Assembly: GCA_963700145.1 (NCBI GenBank)
Contig: OY969474.1
Location: forward strand, 2,304,001 to 2,368,000
DNA from: an uncultured Acidobacteriota bacterium
GTDB taxonomy: Bacteria; Acidobacteriota; Thermoanaerobaculia; Multivoradales; UBA5704
DNA: 64,000 bases
Direction: 5' to 3'
Under the pieces are notes generated by a model. The model had not been told where the DNA came from, made no database searches, and was given only the letters and a program-made list of their open reading frames with translations. The position numbers and the translations under genes are program-made. Below, one piece after another: positions 48,429 to 58,428 of this stretch. Position 1 is the stretch's first letter, and each line of letters starts with the position of its first letter.

Positions 48429-48972
48429 GGGACCAGCTCCTATCCGTGGCGATGAGTCGGTTGAGAAGGACGAAGGCCGCCGCCCCGAGGAGCAGCGTGC
48501 CGAGAAGGCCGGCGGCGACCGCCGGCGAGCGGAAGGGGGCGGCGAGCGCCCCGGCGAGATCGAGGATGGCGAGCAGCCCATCGAGCGCTCCCACGAGACG
48601 GCCGGAGGCCGCGGCCACGAGCCCGGGCACGGCGCCGAGGAGTGCCGCGGCGTCGAGGCCGCCGAAGAGCTCACGGACCAGCGCCGGAACGAACGGCACC
48701 GCCACCCCGGCCCCGGCCAGCGCCAGCCCGAGGAGCAGCCGCCCCCAGAGCGTGGCGAGCGGGCCGCGCGCCCGGGCGGGCGCCGAGGCGCCGAGGCCCT
48801 CGGGCGCGCCGCCGACGCAGAGCGACGCGACCCGCGCGGCGAAGCCCAGCGGCGGGGCGGCGGCCGGGAGCTGGGCGAAGAGCGCCGCCAGGGCGGCCTC
48901 CGCCGCCTCGGCGTCGTCGTCGCGCTCGGCGTCCAGCCAGCGCCGCAGGGTGTCTTCGTTCTTGGCTCGCAC
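48409..48972 (-). CDS. Putative membrane anti-sigma factor
   Basis: Directly downstream of the ECF gene; APPLGFAARV motif followed by TM segments. Confidence 0.7.
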   Translation of the reverse strand: MRAKNEDTLRRWLDAERDDDAEAAEAALAALFAQLPAAAPPLGFAARVASLCVGGAPEGLGASAPARARGPLATLWGRLLLGLALAGAGVAVPFVPALVRELFGGLDAAALLGAVPGLVAAASGRLVGALDGLLAILDLAGALAAPFRSPAVAAGLLGTLLLGAAAFVLLNRLIATDRSWSHGHVHG

Positions 48973-48994
48973 GGTCTCCGTCTCCGTTCCCGCC

Positions 48995-49600
48995 TTACGC
49001 GCCGGCGTCGCGCCCGGTTTCGCCGGGGGGAGACCATCCCGCCTCGGCCATCAGCACCGCCAGCGCCTTGCGCGCCCGGTGGAGGTTGGTCTTGATGGTG
49101 CCCAGCGGCTGGTCCAGCGCCTCGGCGATCTCCTGGTAGGAGAGCCCCTCCTGGAAGCGGAGGAGGACGGCGGCGCGGTACTCCGGCCGCAGCCGCCCGA
49201 CCGCCCGCTCGAGGGCCCGCGCCAGGTCGCGGCGGCCGGCGGCGGCCTCGGGGTCCGCGGCGGCGGGGTCGATCAGCACCTCGGCCCAGTCGCGGCGGTC
49301 CTCGACCCCGGCCTCCAGCGGCACCGTGTCGAGCTCCTGGCGGCGCAGGTGGTCGAGCGCCGTGTTGTGGGCGATCTTGAACAGCCAGCTCGAGAACTTG
49401 CGCCCCGGGTCGTAGCTGGCGAGCGCGCGGAACGCCTTGACGAAGACCTCCTGCGCCAGGTCCTCGGCCAGCGCCGGCTCGCGCACCATGCGCACCACCA
49501 GCGCGTAGACCGGCCGCTCGTAACGGCGCACCAGGTCGTAGAAGGCGCGCTCGGAGCCGGCCAGGGAGCTCGCGACGAGCTCGGCGTCGGGGGTTTGGAT
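48995..49600 (-). CDS. ECF RNA polymerase sigma factor (SigW/RpoE-like)
   Basis: DAELVASSLAGSERAFYDLVRRY, AEDLAQEVF, FSSWLFKIAHN, LSYQEIA and GTIKTNLHRAR motifs. Homology extends 23 codons upstream of the called GTG, to ATC at 49600. Confidence 0.92.
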   Translation of the reverse strand: MQTPDAELVASSLAGSERAFYDLVRRYERPVYALVVRMVREPALAEDLAQEVFVKAFRALASYDPGRKFSSWLFKIAHNTALDHLRRQELDTVPLEAGVEDRRDWAEVLIDPAAADPEAAAGRRDLARALERAVGRLRPEYRAAVLLRFQEGLSYQEIAEALDQPLGTIKTNLHRARKALAVLMAEAGWSPPGETGRDAGA

Positions 49601-49631
49601 TAGACTCCGCTCCCCATCTCAGGAGGACACG

Positions 49632-50186
49632 ATGCGCATTCTCGTCTCGCTGCTGCTCGCCCTCGCCCTGTCCGTCCCGGCCTTCGCCGGCACGCTGGCC
49701 GGTGTGACGTTCCCCGACAAGGCCGAGGTCAAAGGCCAGACCCTGGTGCTCAACGGCATGGGGCTGCGCAAGAAGTTCGTCATCAAAGTCTACGTCGGCG
49801 GTCTCTACCTGCCGCAGAAGGAGAAGGCGGCGCAGAAGATCCTCGCCGGCGACGCCCCCTCCCGCATGGTCATGCACTTCCTCTACGACGTCAGCAAGGA
49901 CCAGATGTGCGACGCCTGGTCGGAGGGGCTCGAGGCCAACACGCCGAAGGCCTCGGCGGAGGTCAAGAAGAACTTCTCGACCCTCTGCACCTGGATGGAC
50001 GGCGTCGGCGAGGGGCAGAAGCTCGTCCTGACCTACGTCCCCGGCGAGGGCACGCACGTCGAGGTCGGCGGCAAGGCCAAGGGGACTCTCCCCGGCGCCG
50101 CCACCGCCGACGCCATCCTCGCCACCTGGCTCGGCCCCGAGCCGGGACCGGGCGAGGACTTCAAGAAGGACGTGCTGGGGGGCTGA
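49632..50186 (+). CDS. Chalcone-isomerase-like family secreted protein
   Basis: Signal peptide; LVLNGMGLRKKFVIKVYVGGLY...WLG.EP..EDFKK; AGGAGG RBS. Confidence 0.88.
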   Translation: MRILVSLLLALALSVPAFAGTLAGVTFPDKAEVKGQTLVLNGMGLRKKFVIKVYVGGLYLPQKEKAAQKILAGDAPSRMVMHFLYDVSKDQMCDAWSEGLEANTPKASAEVKKNFSTLCTWMDGVGEGQKLVLTYVPGEGTHVEVGGKAKGTLPGAATADAILATWLGPEPGPGEDFKKDVLGG

Positions 50187-50191
50187 CGGGC

Positions 50192-50232
50192 AAAAAAAGG
50201 GGAGGAGCGTCAGTCGGGGGCGCTCCTCCTTT
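50192..50232. terminator. Bidirectional intrinsic terminator
   Basis: A7, then a GGAGGAGCG...CGCTCCTCC hairpin, then TTT. Confidence 0.8.
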
Positions 50233-50267
50233 CGGGAGGGATGAGAGGAGGTTGGGACCTCCCCGCG
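50192..50267 (-). ncRNA. Candidate ~76-nt small RNA
   Basis: TTGACA(50302-50297)-17 bp-TAGGGT(50279-50274) promoter, a 5' hairpin, a CU-rich linker, then a terminator with U7. Confidence 0.55.
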
Positions 50268-50298
50268 ATCAGCACCCTACGCCCCGCATAGCTAGTTG

Positions 50299-51108
50299 TC
50301 AATATGCCCAAAGGGCCAGGATCGCCAAGCCCAGGGCAAGCCGGTAGACCACGAACGGCAGCAGGCTCCGCCGCCGCAGCCAGGCGAGGAGCCAGGCGAT
50401 CACCAGGTACCCGGTGACCGCCGAGACCGCCACCCCCAGCCCCATCAGCCACAGCCTCTCCGCCGGCGCCGCTCCCGTCGCCAGGTCCACGGCGTCGAGT
50501 GCCGCGGCGGCCACCATGACCGGCACCGAGAGCAGGAAGGAGAAGCGCGCCGCGGCCGGCCGGGTGAAGCCGAGGAGGAGCGCGGCGGTGATCGTCGCTC
50601 CCGAGCGCGAGGTGCCGGGCACCAGCGCCAGCGCCTGCGCGCAGCCGATCGCCAGGGCCGCCTGCCAGCCGATCTCCGCCAGCTCCCGCCGCTGCTCGCC
50701 CACCCGCTCCGCCACCCCCATGAGGAGGCCGTAGCCGATCAGCGTGCCGGCGATGAGCAGCGGGTTGCGCGCCTGGGTGGCGATGAGGTCCTTGAAGGCG
50801 AGGCCGCAGACGACCGCCGGCACGGTCCCGAGGAGAAGCGCCCAGCCCAGCCGCCGCGGGTCGTAGTCCGCGTCGGGGACCGCCGCGGGCCCGCGGAAGA
50901 ACCCCACCACGACGTTGCGCAGGTCGCGCCGGAAGTAGAGCAGGACGGCGAGCAGCGTCCCGGCGTGGATCGCGACGTCGAAGTCCAGCCCCTGGTCGGG
51001 CCAGCCGAAGAGGCGCGGCACCAGGATCAGATGCCCCGAGGAGCTGACCGGCAGGAACTCGGTGACCCCCTGCACGACGGCGAGCACGACGGCCTGCGTA
51101 GGGGTCAT
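50299..51108 (-). CDS. uppP: Undecaprenyl-diphosphatase
   Basis: QGVTEFLPVSSSGHL, PGTSRSGAT and AARFSFLL motifs. Confidence 0.96.
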   Translation of the reverse strand: MTPTQAVVLAVVQGVTEFLPVSSSGHLILVPRLFGWPDQGLDFDVAIHAGTLLAVLLYFRRDLRNVVVGFFRGPAAVPDADYDPRRLGWALLLGTVPAVVCGLAFKDLIATQARNPLLIAGTLIGYGLLMGVAERVGEQRRELAEIGWQAALAIGCAQALALVPGTSRSGATITAALLLGFTRPAAARFSFLLSVPVMVAAAALDAVDLATGAAPAERLWLMGLGVAVSAVTGYLVIAWLLAWLRRRSLLPFVVYRLALGLAILALWAY

Positions 51109-51154
51109 CGGCGGCGGAGTCTATTGAAATGCGCGGGCTATACTTCGGCCCCGC

Positions 51155-52240
51155 ATGCGGACCTGGATCGTCACCGGCGGCGCGGGCTTCATCGGCTGCA
51201 ACTTCGTGCGGCTGGCGCTCGGCGAGGCCGGCGTGCGCGCCGTGGTCTTCGACAAGCTCACCTACGCCGGCCGGCTCGAGAACCTCGCCGACCTCCTCGA
51301 CCACCCGCAGGTCCGCTTCGTCCAGGGGGACGTCGCCGACCGCGCCGCGGTGCGCCGCGTCTTCGCCGAGGAGAAGCCGGCGGCGGTCGTCAACTTCGCC
51401 GCCGAGAGCCACGTCGACCGCTCGATCGACGACCCCGGCGCCTTCGTCGAGACCAACCTCGTCGGCACCTACGAGCTGCTGGAGGCGGCGCGCCACCACG
51501 TCGCGGCGCTCCCCGCCGAGGAGCGGGCGCGCTTCCGTTTCCTCCACATCTCGACCGACGAGGTCTACGGCAGCCTGGGTGAGGAGGGCGCCTTCTCGGA
51601 AACCACCGCCTACGCGCCCAACTCCCCCTACGCCGCCTCCAAGGCCGGCGCCGACCACCTGGTGCGCGCCTGGCACGAGACCTACAGTCTCCCCACGCTC
51701 CTCACCAATTGCTCGAACAACTATGGCCCGCACCAGTACCCCGAGAAGCTGATCCCGCTGATGGTCCTGAACGCGCTGGAAGGAAAAGCACTGCCGATCT
51801 ACGGCGACGGCAAGAACGTGCGGGATTGGCTCTACGTCGAGGACCACTGCCGGGGGCTGCTCGCCGTGCTCCAGCACGGACGTCCGGGAGACAAATACAA
51901 CCTGGGCGGGCGCAGCGAGAAGACGAATGAGGAGGTCGTGGACCTCCTCTGCGACGCCCTCGAGCGCGAGCTGCCGGCCGCCGCCAACCCGGCGCTGACG
52001 GCTCACGGCCTTCACTCGTACCGGCAGCTCAAGACCTTCGTCCCCGACCGGCCGGGGCACGACCGCCGCTACGCCATCGACGACACGAAGGTGCGCCGCG
52101 AGCTCGGTTGGGCGCCGCGCCACGACCTGCCGGCCGGCCTCGCGCAAACCGTGCGCTGGTACCTCGGCAACCGCGGCTGGTGCGAGGCGGTGCAGACGGA
52201 CTACCGGCGCGAGCGGCTGGGGCTGCTGCAAGCGACGTGA
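51155..52240 (+). CDS. rfbB: dTDP-glucose 4,6-dehydratase
   Basis: [38 protein letters not shown] and DRPGHDRRY motifs. Confidence 0.97.
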   Translation: MRTWIVTGGAGFIGCNFVRLALGEAGVRAVVFDKLTYAGRLENLADLLDHPQVRFVQGDVADRAAVRRVFAEEKPAAVVNFAAESHVDRSIDDPGAFVETNLVGTYELLEAARHHVAALPAEERARFRFLHISTDEVYGSLGEEGAFSETTAYAPNSPYAASKAGADHLVRAWHETYSLPTLLTNCSNNYGPHQYPEKLIPLMVLNALEGKALPIYGDGKNVRDWLYVEDHCRGLLAVLQHGRPGDKYNLGGRSEKTNEEVVDLLCDALERELPAAANPALTAHGLHSYRQLKTFVPDRPGHDRRYAIDDTKVRRELGWAPRHDLPAGLAQTVRWYLGNRGWCEAVQTDYRRERLGLLQAT

Positions 52241-52806
52241 GCGGCGCGCCGCGCTTCCTGCCTACCGAGATCCCGGAGGTCGTCGTCGTCGAGCCGGCGG
52301 TCCACGCCGACGCGCGCGGCTTCTTCCTCGAGACCTACCACGAGCGGAAGTACCGCGAGGGCGGCATCGCCGAGCGCTTCGTGCAGGACAACCACTCCCG
52401 CTCGGTGCGCGGCACCCTGCGCGGCCTCCATGCCCAGCGCGCGACGCCGCAAGGGAAGCTGGTGCGGGCGATCGAGGGGACGATCTGGGACGTGGCGGTG
52501 GACATCCGCCGCGGCTCCCCCACCTTCGGCCGCTGGGTCGGCGTCGAGCTCTCGGCCGAGGACTTCCGCCAGCTCTGGATCCCGGCCGGCTTCGCCCACG
52601 GCTTCTGCGTCGTCAGCGCGGCGGCGCAGGTCGAGTACAAGTGCACGGCGCTCTACGACCCGGCCGACGAGATCACGATCGCCTGGGACGACCCGGAGCT
52701 CGCGATCGCCTGGCCGGTGAGCGACCCCGTCATCTCGGCGCGCGACCGCGCCGCCCGGCGGCTCGGCGAGATGCTGGACCAGCTGCCGCGCTACGGAAGC
52801 TCCTAA
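52237..52806 (+). CDS. rfbC: dTDP-4-dehydrorhamnose 3,5-epimerase
   Basis: GTG at 52237 overlaps the rfbB stop; [30 protein letters not shown] and YKC motifs. Confidence 0.96.
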   Translation: MSGAPRFLPTEIPEVVVVEPAVHADARGFFLETYHERKYREGGIAERFVQDNHSRSVRGTLRGLHAQRATPQGKLVRAIEGTIWDVAVDIRRGSPTFGRWVGVELSAEDFRQLWIPAGFAHGFCVVSAAAQVEYKCTALYDPADEITIAWDDPELAIAWPVSDPVISARDRAARRLGEMLDQLPRYGSS

Positions 52807-52828
52807 GCCGTTCGCTCTGGGCGGGAGC

Positions 52829-54361
52829 ATGACCGACGACCTTTTCACCGCCCGCGACCGCGAGCAGATGGGTGCGCTCGGCATCGCCCCGCACGAGGCG
52901 GCGCGCCAGGTCGCGCTCTTCCGCCGGCCGCCGCCGCCGGCGCGCCTGCTGCGGCCGTGCACCACCGGCGACGGCATCCGCGTCCTGCCCGAGCGGCTGC
53001 AGCCGCGCCTCGTCGACGCCGCCGCGCGCGCCGGCGCGGCGGGCCGGATCGGGCGGTTCGTCCCCGCCTCCGGCGCCGCGACGCGCATGTTCAAGCCGCT
53101 CCTCGCCGATCAAGCCGGCGGCGAGGAGACCGACGAGGTGCGCCGCTTCTTCGCCGAGCTGCCGCGCTTCCCCTTCTTCGACGCGCTCGCGCAGGTGGCG
53201 CGGGAGCGCGGCATCGACGTCGCCGGCGACCTGCCGCCGGAGGCTCGCCGGGCGGTCGTCGATCTGCTGCTCGGGCCGGAGGGGCTGGGCTACGCCGAGC
53301 TGCCGAAGGGGTTGATCCCCTTCCACCGCACGGCGGGCGGCGTGCGGACGCCGGTCGAGGAGCACTTGGTCGAGGCCGCTCTCGTCATCGGCCGGCGCGC
53401 CGGGGTGTGCCGCGTCCACTTCACCGTCTCCCCCGAGCACGAGGGGCGCTTCCGCGACGTGGTCGAGCGGGTGCGGCCGGAGCTCGAGAGGCTCTCCCGC
53501 ACCCGCTTCGAGGTGACCTTCTCGCACCAGGGCCGCGCCACCGACACGCTGGCCGTCGACCTCGAGGACCGGCCCTTCCGCCTCGCCGACGGCGGCCTCC
53601 TCTTCCGCCCGGCGGGGCATGGCGCGCTCCTCGGGAACCTGCAGGCGCTCGCCGGCGCCGGCTGGGACCTCGTCCAGGTCAAGAACATCGACAACGTGCT
53701 CCCCGACGCCGGCAAGTACCCGGTGGTGCGCTGGAAGCGGCTGCTCACCGGCTTGCTGGCGACGTTGGGGGAGCGGGCGGCCGAGATCGCGGCGCGGCTG
53801 GAGCGGGCCGGCGCGGGGGAGGCGGAGCGGGCGGCGGCAGAGCGCTTCCTCGCCGAGGAGCTCGACCGCCCCTTGCCGCAGGGCCTTGCCGCCCTTCCGC
53901 CCGAGGAGCGCCGGCACCGCCTCCTCGACCTCCTCGACCGCCCGCTCCGCGTCTGCGGCGTGGTGCGCAACGCCGGCGAGCCGGGCGGCGGGCCGTTCTG
54001 GGTCGAGAGCGCGGACGGCGAGGCCTCCGCCCAGATCGTCGAGACCTCGCAGGTCGATCCGAGCGACCCGGCCCAGCGGGCGATCCACGCGGCGGCCACC
54101 CACTTCAACCCGGTGGACCTGCACTGCACGCTCCGCGACCGCCGTGGCCGCCCCTACGACCTCGACCGCTACGTGGACCCCTCGACGGTCTTCATCTCCA
54201 CCAAGTCCCACGAAGGCCGCCCGCTCAAAGCCCTCGAGCGCCCCGGCCTCTGGAACGGGGCGATGGCCGGCTGGAACACCGTCTTCGTCGAGGTGCCCCT
54301 CGCGACCTTCGCCCCGGTCAAGACCGTCTTCGACCTGCTCCGCCCCGAGCACCAGGGCTAG
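52829..54361 (+). CDS. DUF4301 family protein (nucleotide-diphospho-sugar transferase-like fold)
   Basis: FVPASGAATRMFK, LPKGLIPFH, FRPAGHGALL, KNIDNV, GEPGGGPFWV, THFNPVD and LERPGLWNGAMA motifs. Confidence 0.9.
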   Translation: MTDDLFTARDREQMGALGIAPHEAARQVALFRRPPPPARLLRPCTTGDGIRVLPERLQPRLVDAAARAGAAGRIGRFVPASGAATRMFKPLLADQAGGEETDEVRRFFAELPRFPFFDALAQVARERGIDVAGDLPPEARRAVVDLLLGPEGLGYAELPKGLIPFHRTAGGVRTPVEEHLVEAALVIGRRAGVCRVHFTVSPEHEGRFRDVVERVRPELERLSRTRFEVTFSHQGRATDTLAVDLEDRPFRLADGGLLFRPAGHGALLGNLQALAGAGWDLVQVKNIDNVLPDAGKYPVVRWKRLLTGLLATLGERAAEIAARLERAGAGEAERAAAERFLAEELDRPLPQGLAALPPEERRHRLLDLLDRPLRVCGVVRNAGEPGGGPFWVESADGEASAQIVETSQVDPSDPAQRAIHAAATHFNPVDLHCTLRDRRGRPYDLDRYVDPSTVFISTKSHEGRPLKALERPGLWNGAMAGWNTVFVEVPLATFAPVKTVFDLLRPEHQG

Positions 54362-54384
54362 CAGGCAACTTCACCGACTTCCAG

Positions 54385-55646
54385 CTACCGGCAGGTCTTC
54401 GCTCCCGGCTTGCCCTTGCACCGGTTCGAGCAGCACTGGACGTTGTCCGTGCACGGCTGCCCGGGGTCGAGGCAGCCCGGCCCGCCGCCGCAGTTGGGGT
54501 CGGTGCCGGACAGCGAGTAGACCAGCAGGTTGGGCGTGCCGGTGCCCGGGCTGGTGATCACGTTGCAGGTCGCCCGCGCGGTGATCTCCTGCCTGACCTG
54601 GCCGACCGTGAATCCCGGGAACTCGTCGCGCACCAGGGCCGCCACGCCGGCCACGTGCGGCGACGCCATCGAGGTGCCGCTGATGGTGTTGGTGGCCGTG
54701 TCGGAGGTGTTCCAGGCCGAGGTGATGGCGCTGCCCGGGCCGAAGATCTCGACGCAGGTGCCGAAGTTGGAGAACGACGACCGGGCGTCGGTGATGGTGC
54801 TGGAGGCCACGCAGTAGGCCTGCGCGGCGCGGGCCGGCGAGAAGTTGCAGGCGTCGGCGTTGTTGTTGGCTGCCGCGACGGCGTAGAACACACCGGCCGC
54901 CACCGAGTTATTGACCGCGTCGTCGAGGGACTGGGTGGCACCGCCGGCGAGGCTCATGTTGGCCACCGACAGCGGGTGCGCCCCGGCCTGCCCGGTGACG
55001 AAGTCGACGCCGCGATGACCCCGGCAAGTCCCGGAGCCGCCGCAGTCGAGGCCGCCGCGTGGATGCGGGCGTTCTTGGCCACGCCGAAGCTGGCTCCGGC
55101 CGTCGTGCCGGCGACGTGCGTGCCGTGGCCGTTGCAGTCGTTGCCGTTCTGGCCGTCGCCGACCGAGTCGAAGTCCTTGGTCGCCCGGCCGCCGAAGTCG
55201 ACGTGGGTCGAGCGGATGCCGGTGTCGATGATCCAGACGTCCACGCCGGTGCCGTCGAAGTTGTAGGTGTAGCTGTTGTCGAGCGGCAGGGCCCGCTGGT
55301 CGATGCGGTCGAGGCCCCACGAGGGGGGGTTGGTCTGCGTCACGACGATCCTCACGACGCCGTCCTCCTCGACCCGGAGGACGTTGGGGTTGTTGGCCAG
55401 CGCCCGGGCGGCGGCGTCCGAGAGGCCGACGAACAGCGCGCCGTTGAGGGCGTAGCGGTAGGTGAAGCGGACGGTGGCACCGTGGGACGCGGCCAGGGAC
55501 TGGGCCACCTGGCTCGCCGGTGAGCCGGCGTTGAAGACCACGATGTGCTGGCCGGGGACTCGCTCGGCCGCCGCGGGGAGGAACTCCCCCGCGAACGCAG
55601 CGGTCGCCAGGGCCCCCAGCACGAGGGCGACGGAAAATGCTTTCAT
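54385..55646 (-). CDS. S8 subtilisin (aqualysin/proteinase K-like) with I9 propeptide; frameshifts near 55015-55065
   Basis: WGLDRIDQ, IIDTGI (Asp), DCNGHGTHVAG (His), GTSMASPHVAG (Ser); Cys-rich C-terminal tail. Confidence 0.92.
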
Positions 55647-55799
55647 GGCGGTTCTCTCCTATCGAGAAGTGGACGAAAATGCCCCGGGAGGGGCTTCCCT
55701 CTATTAAGGTGCCCGCCGCGCCCGCAGCCGAGACGCTCCTAAGGTTTTACTAAAGGATCAGGTCGAGGAGGAGGCCGCTGACCTCCCTAGACGCGAGCC

Positions 55800-57128
55800 C
55801 TAGTACTCCGCCAGGTACCGCTCCTGCTCCCAGGGGTGGACGTGCGAGATGTACTCCTCCCACTCCTGCCGCTTGGCGCGGAGGTAGTGCTCGAGGATGT
55901 GCTCGCCCAGGGCTTCGCTGACGACCGCGTCCTTCTCCAGCTCGCCGAGCGCCTCCCAGAGGTTGGCGGGGAGCTGGCCGATGCGCAGGCGGCGCTTCTC
56001 GCGGTGGCTCATGGTGAAGATGTTCTTGTTGATCGGCGGGCCCGGGTCGAGCTTCCGCTTGACGCCGTCGAGCCCTGCCGCCAGCATCACCGCCAGCGCG
56101 AGATACGGGTTGCACGCCGGGTCGGGCATGCGCACCTCGCAGCGCGTGGACATGCCGCGCTTGGCCGGCACGCGCACCAGCGGGCTGCGGTTCTTCTCCG
56201 ACCAGGCGACGTTGACCGGCGCTTCGTACCCCGGGACCAGCCGCTTGTAGGAGTTGACCAGCGGGTTGGTGACGGCCGAGAAGGCGACGGCGTGGTCGAG
56301 GATGCCGCCGATGTAGCCGAGCGCGGTCTTCGAGAGCTGCCACTCCCCCTTCGGCTCGTAGAAGGCGTTGTTCCCCTTCTTATCGAGCAGGCTCTGGTGG
56401 CAGTGCATGCCCGAGCCGTTGACGCCGAAGATCGGCTTCGGCATGAAGGTGGCGTGGAGGTTGTGGTCGAGCGCCACCTTCTTGACCACGAAGCGGAAGG
56501 TGGTGACGTTGTCGGCGCAGGCCACCGCGTCGGCGTACTTGAAGTCGATCTCGTGCTGCCCGGGCGCCACCTCATGGTGCCCGGCCTCGACCTCGAACCC
56601 CATCGCCTCGAGCACGATGATGATGTCGCGCCGGCACTCCTCGCCCTTGTCCACCGGCGTCAGGTCGAAGTAGCCGCCGGCGTCGTGGGTCTCGATCAGC
56701 GGGTTGCCGTTGGCGTCGCGCTGGAAGAGGAAGAACTCGGCCTCGGGGCCGGCGACCATCGAGTAGCCCATCGCCTTGGCGCGGTCGACCTGGCGCTTCA
56801 GGGTCATCCGCGGGCAGCCGGGGAACGGCGTGCCGTCCGGGTTGTAGACGTCGCAGATCATCCGCGCCACCTTCGAGCCGTCGGCGTTGACCCAGGGGTT
56901 GATGCGGAAGGTGTCGAGGTCGGGGATCAGCAGCATGTCCGACTCTTCGATGCGGGTGAAGCCTTCGATCGAGGAGCCGTCGAACATGATCTGCCCGTCC
57001 AGCGCCTTCTCGAACTGGCTGCGCGGGATCTCGACGTTCTTGCCGATCCCGAGGATGTCGGTGAACTGCAACCGCATGAAGCGGACCCCTTGACTGTCGG
57101 CTTTGCTGAGGATCTCCTTGGCCGTCAC
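55800..57128 (-). CDS. glnA: Type I glutamine synthetase
   Basis: [50 protein letters not shown] and [12 protein letters not shown] motifs. Confidence 0.98.
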   Translation of the reverse strand: MTAKEILSKADSQGVRFMRLQFTDILGIGKNVEIPRSQFEKALDGQIMFDGSSIEGFTRIEESDMLLIPDLDTFRINPWVNADGSKVARMICDVYNPDGTPFPGCPRMTLKRQVDRAKAMGYSMVAGPEAEFFLFQRDANGNPLIETHDAGGYFDLTPVDKGEECRRDIIIVLEAMGFEVEAGHHEVAPGQHEIDFKYADAVACADNVTTFRFVVKKVALDHNLHATFMPKPIFGVNGSGMHCHQSLLDKKGNNAFYEPKGEWQLSKTALGYIGGILDHAVAFSAVTNPLVNSYKRLVPGYEAPVNVAWSEKNRSPLVRVPAKRGMSTRCEVRMPDPACNPYLALAVMLAAGLDGVKRKLDPGPPINKNIFTMSHREKRRLRIGQLPANLWEALGELEKDAVVSEALGEHILEHYLRAKRQEWEEYISHVHPWEQERYLAEY

Positions 57129-57157
57129 GTTGGTCTCCTGTAGACGTCGTTTGCGGC

Positions 57158-57186
57158 ATCATAGGAGGCCCCTGTCCCCACCGCAA
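57158..57186 (-). promoter_or_regulatory. Sigma70-type glnA promoter
   Basis: Minus strand TTGCGG-17 bp-TATGAT, upstream of a CAGGAG RBS. Confidence 0.6.
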
Positions 57187-57317
57187 GGCTTGATTTCCGC
57201 GAACTGACGCGGAAAGTGTGCACAATCTGCACAAACTTCGTGTCACCGTGAAGGGCCGGGCGGGCACAATCGCTATGCTATCCTCCGTCCGGTCTTGCGG
57301 TCCCTGAGAGGAGAGCC

Positions 57318-57671
57318 ATGGAAGGTGAGGCGTTGAAGCTGCCCGCTTCGCGGTTGCCGTCGCTTGACCGCCTGCGCGCCTTGAAGCCCCCCAAGCCGAA
57401 GCGCTGGGACTGGGCGGCGATCGGCATCCTGCTCGCCGGGGTGGTCCTCACGGGCGCCAACCTGCTGCTCGCCCGGGGCGACGAGCCGGCGCCGGCGGGC
57501 GTGTCGATGCTCTTCGTCTTCCTGCAGCTCGTCGTGGCCTCCGCCGGGCTGCTGGTCCTGGGCAAGACCGCCAAGGAGGGGACGGGGCTCGGGAACCTCG
57601 CGGCCATCGGCGCGATGTTCGTCGGGCTGGGCGGCGTGATGCTCGCCGCCGCGCTCTGGGCGATGGCCTAG
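57318..57671 (+). CDS. Small 3-TM membrane protein (hypothetical)
   Basis: GAGGAG RBS, three hydrophobic helices, typical codon usage. Confidence 0.7.
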   Translation: MEGEALKLPASRLPSLDRLRALKPPKPKRWDWAAIGILLAGVVLTGANLLLARGDEPAPAGVSMLFVFLQLVVASAGLLVLGKTAKEGTGLGNLAAIGAMFVGLGGVMLAAALWAMA

Positions 57672-57717
57672 CGCCGTTCGCCCATCCATCCCCCTCGCCG
57701 CCCGCGTAGAGAAAGCC

Positions 57718-58428
57718 GTGGCAGGCGCGCCTTCCCGATCCACCAAGAAGCTCGTCCTCTACGCCCTCGCCGGCGTCGTGGCGCTCGCCGCGCTCTTCCT
57801 GCTCGGCAGCAAGGTCGGGGACGTCCTCCCCCGCTTCACCGCCTGGGTGCAGGGGCTCGGGGTCTGGGGGCCGGTGGCCTACATCGCCGGCTACGTCCTG
57901 GCCACGATCCTCTTCGCCCCCGGCGTCATCCTCACCCTCGCCTCGGGCGTCATCTTCGGGCTCTTCTGGGGGACGGTCTACACCGTGATCGGCGCCACCC
58001 TGGGCGCCGCCTGCTCCTTCCTCATCGCGCGCTACCTGGCGCGCGGCTTCGTCGAGCGGCGGCTCGCCGACCGGCCGCGCTTCCAGGCTATCGACCGCGC
58101 CGTCGGCCGGCAGGGGTTCAAGATCGTCTTCCTGATGCGCCTGTCGCCGGTCTTCCCCTACAACCTCTTGAACTACGCCCTCGGGCTCACCCGCGTGCGC
58201 TTCAGCGACTACCTCCTCGCCTGCGTCGGCATGATCCCGGGCACCATCCTCTACGTCTACTACGGCAAGGCGCTCGGCAGTCTCGCCGCCGTGGCCTCCG
58301 GCGCCGAAGTGCAGAAGGGGGCGGAGTTCTGGGTCTTCCCGGGGCTTGGGCTGGTGGCGACGATCGCCGTGACGACCTACATCACCCGCATCGCGGGGCG
58401 CGCGCTGCGCCAGGAGATCGAGCGGTGA
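57718..58428 (+). CDS. TVP38/TMEM64 (DedA/VTT) membrane protein
   Basis: PGVILTLASGVIFG, RLSPVFPYNLLNY and GMIPGT motifs. Confidence 0.92.
   Translation: MAGAPSRSTKKLVLYALAGVVALAALFLLGSKVGDVLPRFTAWVQGLGVWGPVAYIAGYVLATILFAPGVILTLASGVIFGLFWGTVYTVIGATLGAACSFLIARYLARGFVERRLADRPRFQAIDRAVGRQGFKIVFLMRLSPVFPYNLLNYALGLTRVRFSDYLLACVGMIPGTILYVYYGKALGSLAAVASGAEVQKGAEFWVFPGLGLVATIAVTTYITRIAGRALRQEIER

Noticed and set aside
55015-55065. Programmed frameshift in the subtilisin gene
   Set aside because: Several small deletions in a conserved stretch with no slippery sequence fit sequencing error better.
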